From NCBI GenBank assembly GCA_002070355.1, contig MWDC01000002.1:8814-72813 (forward strand): a stretch of 64,000 bases of DNA. The letters run 5' to 3'. The notes under the pieces were generated by a model. The model ran no database searches and was not told the origin of the DNA. It saw only the letters and a list, made by a program, of their open reading frames with translations. Made by a program: the position numbers and the translations under genes. The stretch's first letter is position 1. Every line of letters starts with the position of its first letter. Positions 55,445-64,000 of the stretch are shown in pieces. This DNA is from Parcubacteria group bacterium ADurb.Bin159 (GTDB lineage: Bacteria; Patescibacteriota; Patescibacteriia; UBA2591; MWDC01).

Positions 55445-56575
55445 ATGTTAAAAATCGCTCATATTGTTTGCGCTTTTCCCCCTTATCAGGGAGGGATGGG
55501 TAATGTTTGTTTTAATCAAGCCACATATTTGGCTAAAATTGGCCATCAAGTTACTGTTTTTGCTCCTCAAATAAACAATCAAGAGTCATTTTCTTTGGGA
55601 TTTAAGCAGCAAAAATTAATATCTCTTTTGACCTTAGGCAACGCCAGTTTAATTTTCCCTCAAATTTCTATTTTAAACAAATTTGATATTTTACATTTTC
55701 ATTATCCTTTTATTGGTTTAGGGGAGCAAATACTTTTTTTAAAAAAAATAGGGCTTATTAAAATTCCTTTAATTATTCAATATCATATGGATTTAATCGG
55801 GGAGGGGAATAGAAAATTATTTTTTGAAATTTATAATAAAAAAACTTTACCCTTATTGCTTTGCGCAGATAAAATTTTAGTAAGCTCTGAAGATTATTTG
55901 CTGCATTCAAAAATAAAGAAATATTTTCTAAAAGCAAAAAATAAATTTGAAATTTTACCTTTAGGGGTAGATGAAAATAAATTTTATCCTTCTTTTGAAG
56001 CAACTTCTTCAGAATATCAAAACATTCTTTTTGTTGGCGCTTTAGATAAAGCCCATTATTTCAAGGGAGTTGATGTTTTGATTAAGGCGTTTAAAAAAGT
56101 AAATAATATTTTACCGCAAAGCCGTTTAATTATTGTGGGCAAAGGAGATTTAAGAAATCAATTTATTGATTTAGCTAAAAAATTAAACATTAGAGACAAA
56201 ATTGAATTTGCTGATAATGTTCTAAAAGAAGAATTGCCTCTTTATTATCAAAAAACGGCTGTTTTTGTTCTTCCCTCCACTACTCGTTCTGAGGCTTTTG
56301 GTTTAGTTACTTTGGAAGCAATGGCTAGCGGTTTGCCAGTTATTGTTTCTAATCTTCCCGGACCTCGTTCTTTAGTTGATAATAATGGTTTTCTAGTAAA
56401 ACCCGGCGATTCAGATGATTTGTCTGCCAAAATAATTAAAATTTTACAAAACGATAAGCTAAAAAAAGAGTTTGGCAACCAATCGCGGCAATTAGTTAAT
56501 AAGTATTATTGTTGGTCTAAAATAGTTCCTCGTTTATCAACTATTTATGAAAATATTCTTTCAGCAAAATTGTGA
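55445..56575 (+). CDS. family 4 (GT-B) glycosyltransferase
   Basis: The C-terminal EAFGLVTLEAMASGLPVIVSN motif (EX7E-type). Confidence 0.85.
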   Translation: MLKIAHIVCAFPPYQGGMGNVCFNQATYLAKIGHQVTVFAPQINNQESFSLGFKQQKLISLLTLGNASLIFPQISILNKFDILHFHYPFIGLGEQILFLKKIGLIKIPLIIQYHMDLIGEGNRKLFFEIYNKKTLPLLLCADKILVSSEDYLLHSKIKKYFLKAKNKFEILPLGVDENKFYPSFEATSSEYQNILFVGALDKAHYFKGVDVLIKAFKKVNNILPQSRLIIVGKGDLRNQFIDLAKKLNIRDKIEFADNVLKEELPLYYQKTAVFVLPSTTRSEAFGLVTLEAMASGLPVIVSNLPGPRSLVDNNGFLVKPGDSDDLSAKIIKILQNDKLKKEFGNQSRQLVNKYYCWSKIVPRLSTIYENILSAKL

Positions 56576-58799
56576 AAATTTGATTTTAACTATAAAAAAA
56601 AATAAATATTTTCTAGGAACAATTTTAGAAGTAATTATTCCCCTTTTTTGGTTTTTAAATTTTACCAACGGAAAAAACATATTAATTAATGTTTTTTTAT
56701 TTATTAGTTATTTTGCTCTTAATGGATTTTATCTTGGTTTAATTTTAAAAAAGTATTTGAAAATAAGATATTTTTTTATTTTAGGTATTTTAGCTATTTT
56801 TTATTTAATTAGCTTTGCTCTATCTATACCTATTGTTTTTTATAAAATTGCGCCTTTATATTTATTTATTATTTTAGCTATTATCGGGATTATTCTTTCT
56901 TTAAGCGTTCAATATTTATTTAAGGATAAGCAGTACGACGGACCTAGCCGCAACACGAATTCCGGAAATAGCAACCCTATTCCTCTTTGGTGGAAAATTA
57001 GTTTTTTAATTCTTTTTTTGGCTTCTTTGTTTGTTCTTTTACATTCCCGTACTTCCAGCATAATTCGTTCTCCTTGGCAAGAGATTCATCCGCTTTATAT
57101 TTACGGCTATATAGGGCTAATAATTTTAGTCCTTTATTTAATTAAATTAAAACCAAAATTTAAGATTTTTATTTTTTTTGTTATTTTGCTTTCTTTATTA
57201 GCTCATAGTTATGTAATTTTTCCTTATGAAGCTGGTTTTGGCGGAGATAAATGGCGACATTTAGGAGCAGAGCAATGGCTAATGGAAGGCAATATATATT
57301 CTCCCTCTCTTTTTGGCGAAAAAATTTCTTATAAACAATTGGGGCCACTTAAAATACCTGAAGTGTTTTTAATTGGCAATAAAACTTCTTATGCCAATCT
57401 TTGGGCGGGAGTTATTAATTTATCTTGGTTATTAAATATATCTCCTTTTTGGATTGATATTTTTTTATGTTTTATTTTATCCAGTATTTTTTTGCCATTT
57501 TTACTTTACGAATTAGGGAAAAAAGTATTTAAAAAAAGAGAAGCAATTTATTTTTTTATTTTGGCTCCTCTTTTTTTCTTTCCCTTTCAATTATATGGCT
57601 CTTTAACTGTGCCCACATTTTTTGGTTTTATTCTTTTTTGTTTTTCTTTGCTTTTGCTTTTTTCTTTATATCAATTTGCTTGCCGAGAAAAGTTGTCTTT
57701 AAAATATTTTTTCTTAGCGCTAATTTTACCCTGTCTTTTTCTTTATTTTAATTATGTTCTGTATCTCATTCTTTATTTAATGGTTTTTATTTTATTTATA
57801 TTTTTTTATCGGCTTTTACCTCTTTTAAATCGTTCTCTTTCAACCATCTTATTGATAATTTTAATTTGTTTTATGGCAATCGTCTTTCCTTGTTTAGATG
57901 TAGCAAGCGGTTATTCACAATTTAAATCAGAAAAATTATCTGGTACAACAATTAAAAATTTCGGTCATAATTTATTATTTTCTTTGCCTATATTTTATCG
58001 GGAAAATGGGTTTGAACAAGACAGCTGGCTTTATAGCGGGATAGAAGAAAATTTATCTTCATCTATTTTTAGTCAAATTATTAAATGGAACTATTTTTTT
58101 ACCCCTATTTTTTGGCTGATTACCATTATCGGTTTTTTTTCATTTTATTTTTGGCAATCAAAAAAAGAAATAGGTTTAATTTTTAGTTTATTAATAATTA
58201 TTTTGATATCACAATTTATAGGTTCTTCTTTTTTAGAAGGAAGCTGTCTTTTTAGCAAACGTTTAATTTTAGTTTTTTCTTTTTTCTTATTTTTCTCTTT
58301 TGCCGCTGGTTTAAGTTGGGTTGTTTTTAAAAAAGAAAAACTTTTTATATTTCTTATAATTTTTTTAGGTCTTTTTTCGGGAAGCAGTTATATCTCCGGA
58401 CCGAAGTTTGAAGCAGTAACCGGCAATGAATTAAAGGCGGTTTCTTATATCTGGCAAAATCTTAAATCTGAAGATGGGCCATATTGCGTTATAGGCAATA
58501 CTTGGCCACTTTTGGCTTTGGAAGGAGTAAGTGGCAGGCAAATTATTGCCGGCGGTTTTCCTGTTTATCAAGAATATAAACAACCGGAAAGAGTGCAGTT
58601 ATTTGAAAATTTAAATAGCTATCCCCATATAAATGATTTTAATAAAGCATTAGAAATAACCGGTGCTTCTTCTTGTTATTTTATGACCGAAGAACGTTGG
58701 ATAAGAGGAGGGAAAAAGGATATTGTTTTTAATAATTTAAAGACAATAATCGGTGAGCCTTTTATTCTTGGCGATATTTATATTTGGCATTATCAATAA
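56547..58799 (+). CDS. large polytopic membrane protein (about 14 TM helices plus a C-terminal ~180-aa soluble domain); possible GT-C-type glycosyltransferase
   Basis: 750 aa, with the topology of PMT/ArnT/STT3-like enzymes and a position between glycosyltransferases and the O-antigen ligase. No WWDYG or DE motif was found. Confidence 0.4.
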   Translation: MKIFFQQNCENLILTIKKNKYFLGTILEVIIPLFWFLNFTNGKNILINVFLFISYFALNGFYLGLILKKYLKIRYFFILGILAIFYLISFALSIPIVFYKIAPLYLFIILAIIGIILSLSVQYLFKDKQYDGPSRNTNSGNSNPIPLWWKISFLILFLASLFVLLHSRTSSIIRSPWQEIHPLYIYGYIGLIILVLYLIKLKPKFKIFIFFVILLSLLAHSYVIFPYEAGFGGDKWRHLGAEQWLMEGNIYSPSLFGEKISYKQLGPLKIPEVFLIGNKTSYANLWAGVINLSWLLNISPFWIDIFLCFILSSIFLPFLLYELGKKVFKKREAIYFFILAPLFFFPFQLYGSLTVPTFFGFILFCFSLLLLFSLYQFACREKLSLKYFFLALILPCLFLYFNYVLYLILYLMVFILFIFFYRLLPLLNRSLSTILLIILICFMAIVFPCLDVASGYSQFKSEKLSGTTIKNFGHNLLFSLPIFYRENGFEQDSWLYSGIEENLSSSIFSQIIKWNYFFTPIFWLITIIGFFSFYFWQSKKEIGLIFSLLIIILISQFIGSSFLEGSCLFSKRLILVFSFFLFFSFAAGLSWVVFKKEKLFIFLIIFLGLFSGSSYISGPKFEAVTGNELKAVSYIWQNLKSEDGPYCVIGNTWPLLALEGVSGRQIIAGGFPVYQEYKQPERVQLFENLNSYPHINDFNKALEITGASSCYFMTEERWIRGGKKDIVFNNLKTIIGEPFILGDIYIWHYQ

Positions 58800-58809
58800 A
58801 ATAATTTTT

Positions 58810-59349
58810 ATGACTTTTTCTCGTTTTTACCGTTTAATTTTTATTTTAACCATTTTTGGGCTTTTTATTTGGCTGGGGGCGCAAAATTTTATGCCTCAAA
58901 AGGAGCTTCTTTTAGAATGGACCCCAGAAGGAAGAGGCAAGTTTGTAAGTGATATTTATCCCCAAGAAAGAGTATTAAATGTTTGGGAAGAAAATAATTC
59001 ATATAGCAAAGTTTTATTTGAGCCGATTTATTTTTTTGTTTATTTGCCCAAATCTTTTAAAAAAGCAGAAGTCAATCTTATCTATCAAAGCGATTTAGAT
59101 ATAAGGATTGGTTTGATGTATCGTCAGGGAGTTTTACCTAATTGGCAATTTGACCTTAAAGATATAAAAGAAAAAAATATTGGTATGGATATTTGGAAAA
59201 ATGGTGAAGTAGAATTTAATATTACTTCCGAATTTATTAATAAAAAAAATCGTTTTAATGGTTTAGAATTTATAATTTCTATTCCCGAGATTTATAAAAA
59301 AGAAGGAGATGTTAAAATCAAAAAAATAGAAATTTTATTAAAAAATTAG
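58810..59349 (+). CDS. hypothetical single-TM protein
   Basis: An N-terminal TM helix (FYRLIFILTIFGLFIWL); no recognisable motifs. The start is trimmed to the ATG after the upstream stop. Confidence 0.4.
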   Translation: MTFSRFYRLIFILTIFGLFIWLGAQNFMPQKELLLEWTPEGRGKFVSDIYPQERVLNVWEENNSYSKVLFEPIYFFVYLPKSFKKAEVNLIYQSDLDIRIGLMYRQGVLPNWQFDLKDIKEKNIGMDIWKNGEVEFNITSEFINKKNRFNGLEFIISIPEIYKKEGDVKIKKIEILLKN

Positions 59350-59351
59350 TT

Positions 59352-59552
59352 ATGTTTAAATTTAATTTACAATTTTTTAAAGATTTGAGTTTGGTAAGTA
59401 TTCTAACTTTTATTTTACTTTTAATGATAGAGGATTTTAAACCAGGTTTTGTTGTTTTTTGGTTTGACCCAAAAATTATTTTTTATATTTTTTTATTTAG
59501 TTTTTTAATTTATTTATTTTTAATTATATTTAATACAAAATCAGAAAAATGA
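59352..59552 (+). CDS. small hydrophobic protein (66 aa, two TM helices)
   Basis: Tightly packed between flanking genes (overlapping or abutting stop/start codons). Confidence 0.3.
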   Translation: MFKFNLQFFKDLSLVSILTFILLLMIEDFKPGFVVFWFDPKIIFYIFLFSFLIYLFLIIFNTKSEK

Positions 59553-61822
59553 ACAAAATCGCCTCTGCCTGCCAATTAGACAGGCCAAATTTAAAAAATG
59601 AGCCAAAAAACCGTATAAATAAAGGGTTTCATAAGGAGGAGGAAAGAGAGTGTGAAGAAAAAAAAGGATTATCCCTTTTGGAGGTGGTGTGGTTAATCAC
59701 TATTGCTATTGTGCCGCTTTGTTTTTGTCTTAATATGTTTAACCCTTGGCAAATGGCTAAAAATATCATTTTCCAAAGTTTAGTTGAAATATCTTTTTTT
59801 ATTTTTTGGGGACAAATTATAATTTTTGGCTTTCCTAAAGAAGAATTCAAGAAAAAATTAAAATTTATTATACCACCATTTATTTTTATTATTATTTTAG
59901 GTTTGGCTACTTTGTTCTCTCCTACGCGCTGGTTTAGTTTTTGGGGTTATTGGGAAAGAAAATTGGGGTTTTTAACTTGGCTTCACTTTTTTATTTTTTA
60001 TGTAATTTTACTTCTAAATATAAAAAATAAAGTTCAAATTAAACGCATTATTTTAACTGTTTTGATAACAGCAACGCTCGTAGCCTTCTATGGTTTTATG
60101 CAGTTTGCCAGATATGACCCTTTTGAGTGGGATCTTAATCCTATTTTGAAAATATCCGATTACCGCGTTTTTTCTTCTTTAGGACAACCGAATTTTTTAG
60201 CTTCTTGGCTACTTTTGGTCATCCCTTTAAATATTTTAGCCATATTTATTTACAAAAAAAGAATAGTTAGGTTTTTTTTATTTTTACTTTTTTCTATTTT
60301 AATTGTTCTTTTAATTTTAACTCAGAGTAGGGGAGGGCTAATTGGTTTTATCTTTGAAATTGTTTTTTTGCTTCTTTCTTTCTCCTATTTTAAAAAAAAG
60401 AAAAAAATATTTATTTTTATTTCTATTGTTTTAATTTTAGGAATTTTATTTATTTTTTGGATAAATTCAAAAAATATCGATTTAGAAAAAACAGAGAATA
60501 ACCTTTTTAATCGTCTTCAGTCTTTAGTTAATCTTAAAGAAGCTGGAGAATATCGGCTTTGGCATTGGCAGGCGAGTTTAGAATTGATAAAAAAGAAACC
60601 GATTTTGGGTTATGGTTTAGAAAGTCAACGTTTTTATTTTCCCTCTTATTACCGCAAAGAATTTGCCATGAAAGAAGCGCCGAATATTTTTTTAGATAGA
60701 GCGCATAACGATATTTTAGATGTTCTTTTGAATAGCGGGTTTTTGGGGCTTATTTCTTGGTGGTTTTTTCTTGGCTATTTATTTTATCAAGGATTTAAAA
60801 CAGTAAAAAGGGGTAAGATTAATATTTTATTTCTTTTAGCCGGTATTTTCGGTTATTTGGTTTCTTTACAATTTTCTTTTCATACTCATTCTACCTTGCT
60901 TTATTTTTGGATATGGGCAATATTAATTTTTTTAAATAATGATGATAATGAATTTAAAATAGATTGCTCCAAAAAGTATTTCAAAGAAAAACCCGAGGTA
61001 CATTCTTGTATTTCTAAAATTCAAATAGCAATAATTTTTCTTTTAATTATTTTAACCTGTTCTTTTATTTGGTTTATTAATGGTTATGAGTATTTAGCCA
61101 GTCATTATTTACTTAAAGCGGAGATAGCTAAAATTGAAGGAAAGGGAGAAGATGCTGATATTTTTTATACTAAATCAATAAAATATGGCAGAAATGACCC
61201 TTATTTTCGTCAAATGTCGGCTGAGGGTATGTTAGAATTAGGTTTAATGGAGCAAGATTTGTCAAAAAAAATGTTTTTTATTCAAACAGGTATCAAGCAG
61301 ATAGAAGATATCCCAAACAATTTAAGGCCCATTGAAGCCAGAATTTATTTACCACAGTTATTAACCCAAAAAGCAAAATTAACTAATAACCCAGATGATT
61401 TTGAAAAAGCCGAATATTATTTTAAAGATTTAATTGAGTTTAGCCCAAATTTAGCTTTAGCTTGGCGGAATTGGGCGGAATTAGATATAGTTAGAAAAGA
61501 TTGGGATAAAGCTAGAGAAAAAATAAATTTGTCTTTAAACTTGTGCCCTGACCCTTTTGACAAAGAGAACGAACATTCAGAAGAGGTTATTAGTGAAATA
61601 ATTGCAGCTAAAGAAAAATTAGCCCGTATAGAATTAGAAACAGGAAATTACGATAAATCCTTAGAAATTTATAATGAAATTCTCCGGCTTGATCCAGAAC
61701 AATTTTTTGTTTGGCAAAAAATAAGCGAAATTTATGAAATGAAAGGAGACAAAGATAATGCAATTAAAGCTCAAAATGAATTTTTAAAAAGAATGAGAGA
61801 TAGAAATTTTTATGATTTATGA
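59549..61822 (+). CDS. O-antigen ligase (Wzy_C) family membrane protein fused to C-terminal TPR repeats (paralog of 38281-40476)
   Basis: RAHNDILDVLLNSGFLGLISW matches the O-antigen ligase motif, and the C-terminus carries TPR-like repeats. Confidence 0.7.
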   Translation: MNKIASACQLDRPNLKNEPKNRINKGFHKEEERECEEKKGLSLLEVVWLITIAIVPLCFCLNMFNPWQMAKNIIFQSLVEISFFIFWGQIIIFGFPKEEFKKKLKFIIPPFIFIIILGLATLFSPTRWFSFWGYWERKLGFLTWLHFFIFYVILLLNIKNKVQIKRIILTVLITATLVAFYGFMQFARYDPFEWDLNPILKISDYRVFSSLGQPNFLASWLLLVIPLNILAIFIYKKRIVRFFLFLLFSILIVLLILTQSRGGLIGFIFEIVFLLLSFSYFKKKKKIFIFISIVLILGILFIFWINSKNIDLEKTENNLFNRLQSLVNLKEAGEYRLWHWQASLELIKKKPILGYGLESQRFYFPSYYRKEFAMKEAPNIFLDRAHNDILDVLLNSGFLGLISWWFFLGYLFYQGFKTVKRGKINILFLLAGIFGYLVSLQFSFHTHSTLLYFWIWAILIFLNNDDNEFKIDCSKKYFKEKPEVHSCISKIQIAIIFLLIILTCSFIWFINGYEYLASHYLLKAEIAKIEGKGEDADIFYTKSIKYGRNDPYFRQMSAEGMLELGLMEQDLSKKMFFIQTGIKQIEDIPNNLRPIEARIYLPQLLTQKAKLTNNPDDFEKAEYYFKDLIEFSPNLALAWRNWAELDIVRKDWDKAREKINLSLNLCPDPFDKENEHSEEVISEIIAAKEKLARIELETGNYDKSLEIYNEILRLDPEQFFVWQKISEIYEMKGDKDNAIKAQNEFLKRMRDRNFYDL

Positions 61823-61851
61823 TATAATAATTCTATTAATAAGAATAAATT

Positions 61852-62754
61852 ATGTTATTTGAAATTATTCTAATCATATTTTTTGCCCTTGGTTTAACTG
61901 GTCTTTTTTTGTATTTTAAGAAAAGAATGGATGAGATAAGCGAAACAAAAAAAGGAGACCAAAGTTTGCTTTTGCTCAATCAAAATATTCAGGGTATTGA
62001 ACAAAAAATTAACAGTCAAATAAATCAGCTCGCTTCTAATTTAGGAGAACTTACCGAAGTAGGAAGAGATATTAAATCTTTTAGTGAATTTTTAAAATCT
62101 CCCAAGCTTAGGGGAAATATTGGCGAAGAAATTTTGCAGGACCTTTTGGAGCAATATTTTTCCAAAGAGCATTTTGCTTTGCAGTATAAGTTTAAAAGCG
62201 GAGAAAGAGTTGACGCTATTTTAAAAACAAGGGAGGGGATAATCCCTATTGATGCTAAATTTCCTTTAGAAAATTTTCAGAAATGGAATAAAGCAAATAA
62301 AGAAGAAGAAAAAAAAATTTATTTTAAAGCGTTTATTAATGATGTTAAGAAACATATTGATAAAATTTCTCAAAAATACATTTTGCCAGAAGAGGGCACG
62401 GTTGATTTTGCAGTAATGTATATTCCCTCTGAAACAATTTATTATGAATTAATAGGGCGGGAGACAGATATTTCGGAATTTAGCAGGCGAAAAAGAGTTT
62501 ATTTTACTTCACCTAATAGTTTTTATTATTTTTTGAAGGTTATTATGATGAGCATGCAAGGAGAAAAAATTCAAGAAAATTCAAAAAAAATTTTAGAGGT
62601 TCTTGAAGCCATTAGAGTAGACAGTTTAAAGTTTGCTAAAACCCTGAAATTAGTAAGTTCACATTTTAATAATGCGGAAAAAGCATTAAATGAGGCAACC
62701 AATGAATATAGAAATCTTTCTTTAAAGATTGACCAAATAAAACTTTTAAAATGA
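61852..62754 (+). CDS. rmuC: DNA recombination protein RmuC
   Basis: An N-terminal TM helix, a coiled coil, then KLRGNIGEEILQDLLE..RVDAILKTREGIIPIDAKFPLENF..DFAVMYIPSE, which is the RmuC nuclease-like core. Confidence 0.8.
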   Translation: MLFEIILIIFFALGLTGLFLYFKKRMDEISETKKGDQSLLLLNQNIQGIEQKINSQINQLASNLGELTEVGRDIKSFSEFLKSPKLRGNIGEEILQDLLEQYFSKEHFALQYKFKSGERVDAILKTREGIIPIDAKFPLENFQKWNKANKEEEKKIYFKAFINDVKKHIDKISQKYILPEEGTVDFAVMYIPSETIYYELIGRETDISEFSRRKRVYFTSPNSFYYFLKVIMMSMQGEKIQENSKKILEVLEAIRVDSLKFAKTLKLVSSHFNNAEKALNEATNEYRNLSLKIDQIKLLK

Positions 62755-63890
62755 AATTTAAACAAAAATCTTTTTATTTAGCTATAAGCGCTTTTATAGG
62801 GACAGTTATTGGGGCAGGAATTTTTGCCTTGCCTTATGTTTTTTCTCAATCCGGCTTTGGTATCGGATTTTTTTGGTTAGTTTTATTAAGTTTAATATTA
62901 ATAATTGTTTCTTTATCTTATGGCGAAGTTGTTTTGCGAACTCCTCAAGATTTAGAAATGGCTGGTTATGCTGAATATTATTTAGGTAAAAAGGGCAAAA
63001 TTATGGCTACGGTCTCTATGATTTTAGGAACTTACGCCGCCTTAATCGCTTATATAATCGGTGTAGGTAATTTTTTATCCGAACTTTTGGTAACATTTAA
63101 TTATGAGCCTATTTTTTGGGGTATTATTTTTTGGGCTATAGCCAGTTTCATACTTTTTTTGGGTATACAGGCGGTAAGCAAATTAGAATTAGTATTGAAT
63201 TTAGGAGTGGCTTTAATCATCATAATTATTATTTTTTCCTGCCTCGGCTTTATTGATTTGTCAAATTTCACTTATTTAAATCTCGACAACTTTTGGGTTC
63301 CTTACGGGCCTCTTCTTTTTGCTTTAGGAGGAATAAGCGCTGTGCCGACAATGAAAAGAATATTAAAAAATGAGCCGAAACTTTTAAAAAAAGCAGTTAT
63401 TAACGGGAAAATAATTGTTTTTTTTATTTATCTGATATTTATTATAACTGTTTTAGGGGTAGCTGGCAAAAATACTTCACCTCAAGCCATTAGCGGATTG
63501 ATTAATATAGTAAGCCCTTATGTTTTAATTCTTAGTTTTATTTTAGGCATTTTAACAATGACTACTTCTTTTTTAATCTTGGGTCACATTTTAATCCAAT
63601 TATATGGATATGATTGGAAGATCCCCAAAATTGCTGCTTGGTTTTTGGTTGTTTTCCCTCCTCTTTTACTCTTGCTTTTGGGGTTGAATAATTTTATTTT
63701 AGTTATTTCTTTGGGTGGAGGATTATTGTCAGGATTAGAAGGCATTCTTTTACTTTTAGTTTGGAAAAGGGCAAAAAAGCAGGGGAAACGTCAGCCAGAA
63801 TATGAAATTAAAATTCCTCCTTTTGTTTTTTATTTTATTTTGTTAATTTTCGCTTTTAGTATAATTTATCAAATAATTGATTTAATATGA
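62751..63890 (+). CDS. amino-acid permease-like transporter (Aa_trans / aromatic amino acid permease-like)
   Basis: 11 TM helices; the N-terminus AISAFIGTVIGAGIFALPYVFSQSGFGIG resembles the amino acid/auxin permease signature. Confidence 0.55.
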   Translation: MKFKQKSFYLAISAFIGTVIGAGIFALPYVFSQSGFGIGFFWLVLLSLILIIVSLSYGEVVLRTPQDLEMAGYAEYYLGKKGKIMATVSMILGTYAALIAYIIGVGNFLSELLVTFNYEPIFWGIIFWAIASFILFLGIQAVSKLELVLNLGVALIIIIIIFSCLGFIDLSNFTYLNLDNFWVPYGPLLFALGGISAVPTMKRILKNEPKLLKKAVINGKIIVFFIYLIFIITVLGVAGKNTSPQAISGLINIVSPYVLILSFILGILTMTTSFLILGHILIQLYGYDWKIPKIAAWFLVVFPPLLLLLLGLNNFILVISLGGGLLSGLEGILLLLVWKRAKKQGKRQPEYEIKIPPFVFYFILLIFAFSIIYQIIDLI

Positions 63891-64000
63891 AAAATTTAAC
63901 AAAATCTATAGCTGTTTTAAATGCCGGCAGCACTTCTTTAAAATATAAAGTTTTTTCTCTTGATTTAAAAATTTTAGCTTCCGGAGAATTTGCTAATTTA
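63887..64000 (+). CDS. ackA: acetate kinase, 5' end (continues beyond window)
   Basis: MKNLTKSIAVLNAGSTSLKYKVF matches the AckA N-terminal phosphate-1 motif (LVLNCGSSSIKY). Its ATG overlaps the permease stop (ATGA). Confidence 0.7.
   Translation, partial: MKNLTKSIAVLNAGSTSLKYKVFSLDLKILASGEFANL

Noticed and set aside
1-64000. CRISPR array, cas genes, transposases, integrases, toxin-antitoxin pairs
   Set aside because: No regularly spaced direct repeats were found, and the repeat family present is heterogeneous, modular and palindromic rather than repeat-spacer. No Cas, transposase or integrase signatures appear in any ORF.

Overview
This is a 64-kb window of very AT-rich, gene-dense DNA (about 30% GC by eye), mostly coding on the + strand. 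The gene content suggests a small-genome, fermentative bacterium of CPR/Patescibacteria type. That assignment is inference: the supporting features are short housekeeping proteins, PduL plus AckA, O-antigen-ligase/TPR fusions, a short SMC and a lone type IV pilus ATPase.

Recognisable genes:
- Metabolism: the 3' end of iorA and iorB, pfkB-family kinase, pduL, pgk, gap and the 5' end of ackA.
- tRNA synthetases: valS, pheS and pheT.
- Secretion and cell wall: secD-secF, a lytic transglycosylase, a WbaP-like phosphotransferase, and a partial dcw cluster (mraZ-rsmH-ftsL-ftsI-murF).
- Chromosome and RNA processing: a conserved nusB-rnc-smc block (minus strand), rpmF, polX, an RRM RNA-binding protein, a degenerate ybeY-like gene, ftsA-ftsZ, gyrB and tRNA-Pro(CGG).
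- Translation: rplJ-rplL with a long structured leader, rpsB-tsf and a PSP1/RicT-like gene.
- Replication origin region: dnaA preceded by three phased DnaA boxes, followed by an ATP-cone/PD-(D/E)xK nuclease-like gene and a GspE/PilB ATPase.
- Surface glycan cluster: GT2, GT4, a 750-aa polytopic membrane protein and an O-antigen-ligase/TPR fusion, then rmuC and a permease.

No CRISPR array, transposase or integrase was seen.

The main structure not explained by the genes is a family of modular, palindrome-containing intergenic repeats:
- Six copies lie at gene 3' ends. Two roughly 250-bp copies are in inverted orientation 52.7 kb apart.
- The repeats carry promoter-like and hairpin modules, and several ORFs run into them.
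- A second 41-bp hairpin repeat has its loop flipped between copies.
- A second DnaA-box cluster lies upstream of mraZ.

Other observations worth checking:
- Several genes appear to have leaderless mRNAs, with the -10 box 6-9 nt before the ATG.
- The short SMC lacks a hinge.
- The YbeY-like protein lacks the His triad.
- Two tandem paralogous membrane proteins lie downstream of tRNA-Pro.

All coordinates were hand-derived; sub-element positions may be off by 1-2 nt.
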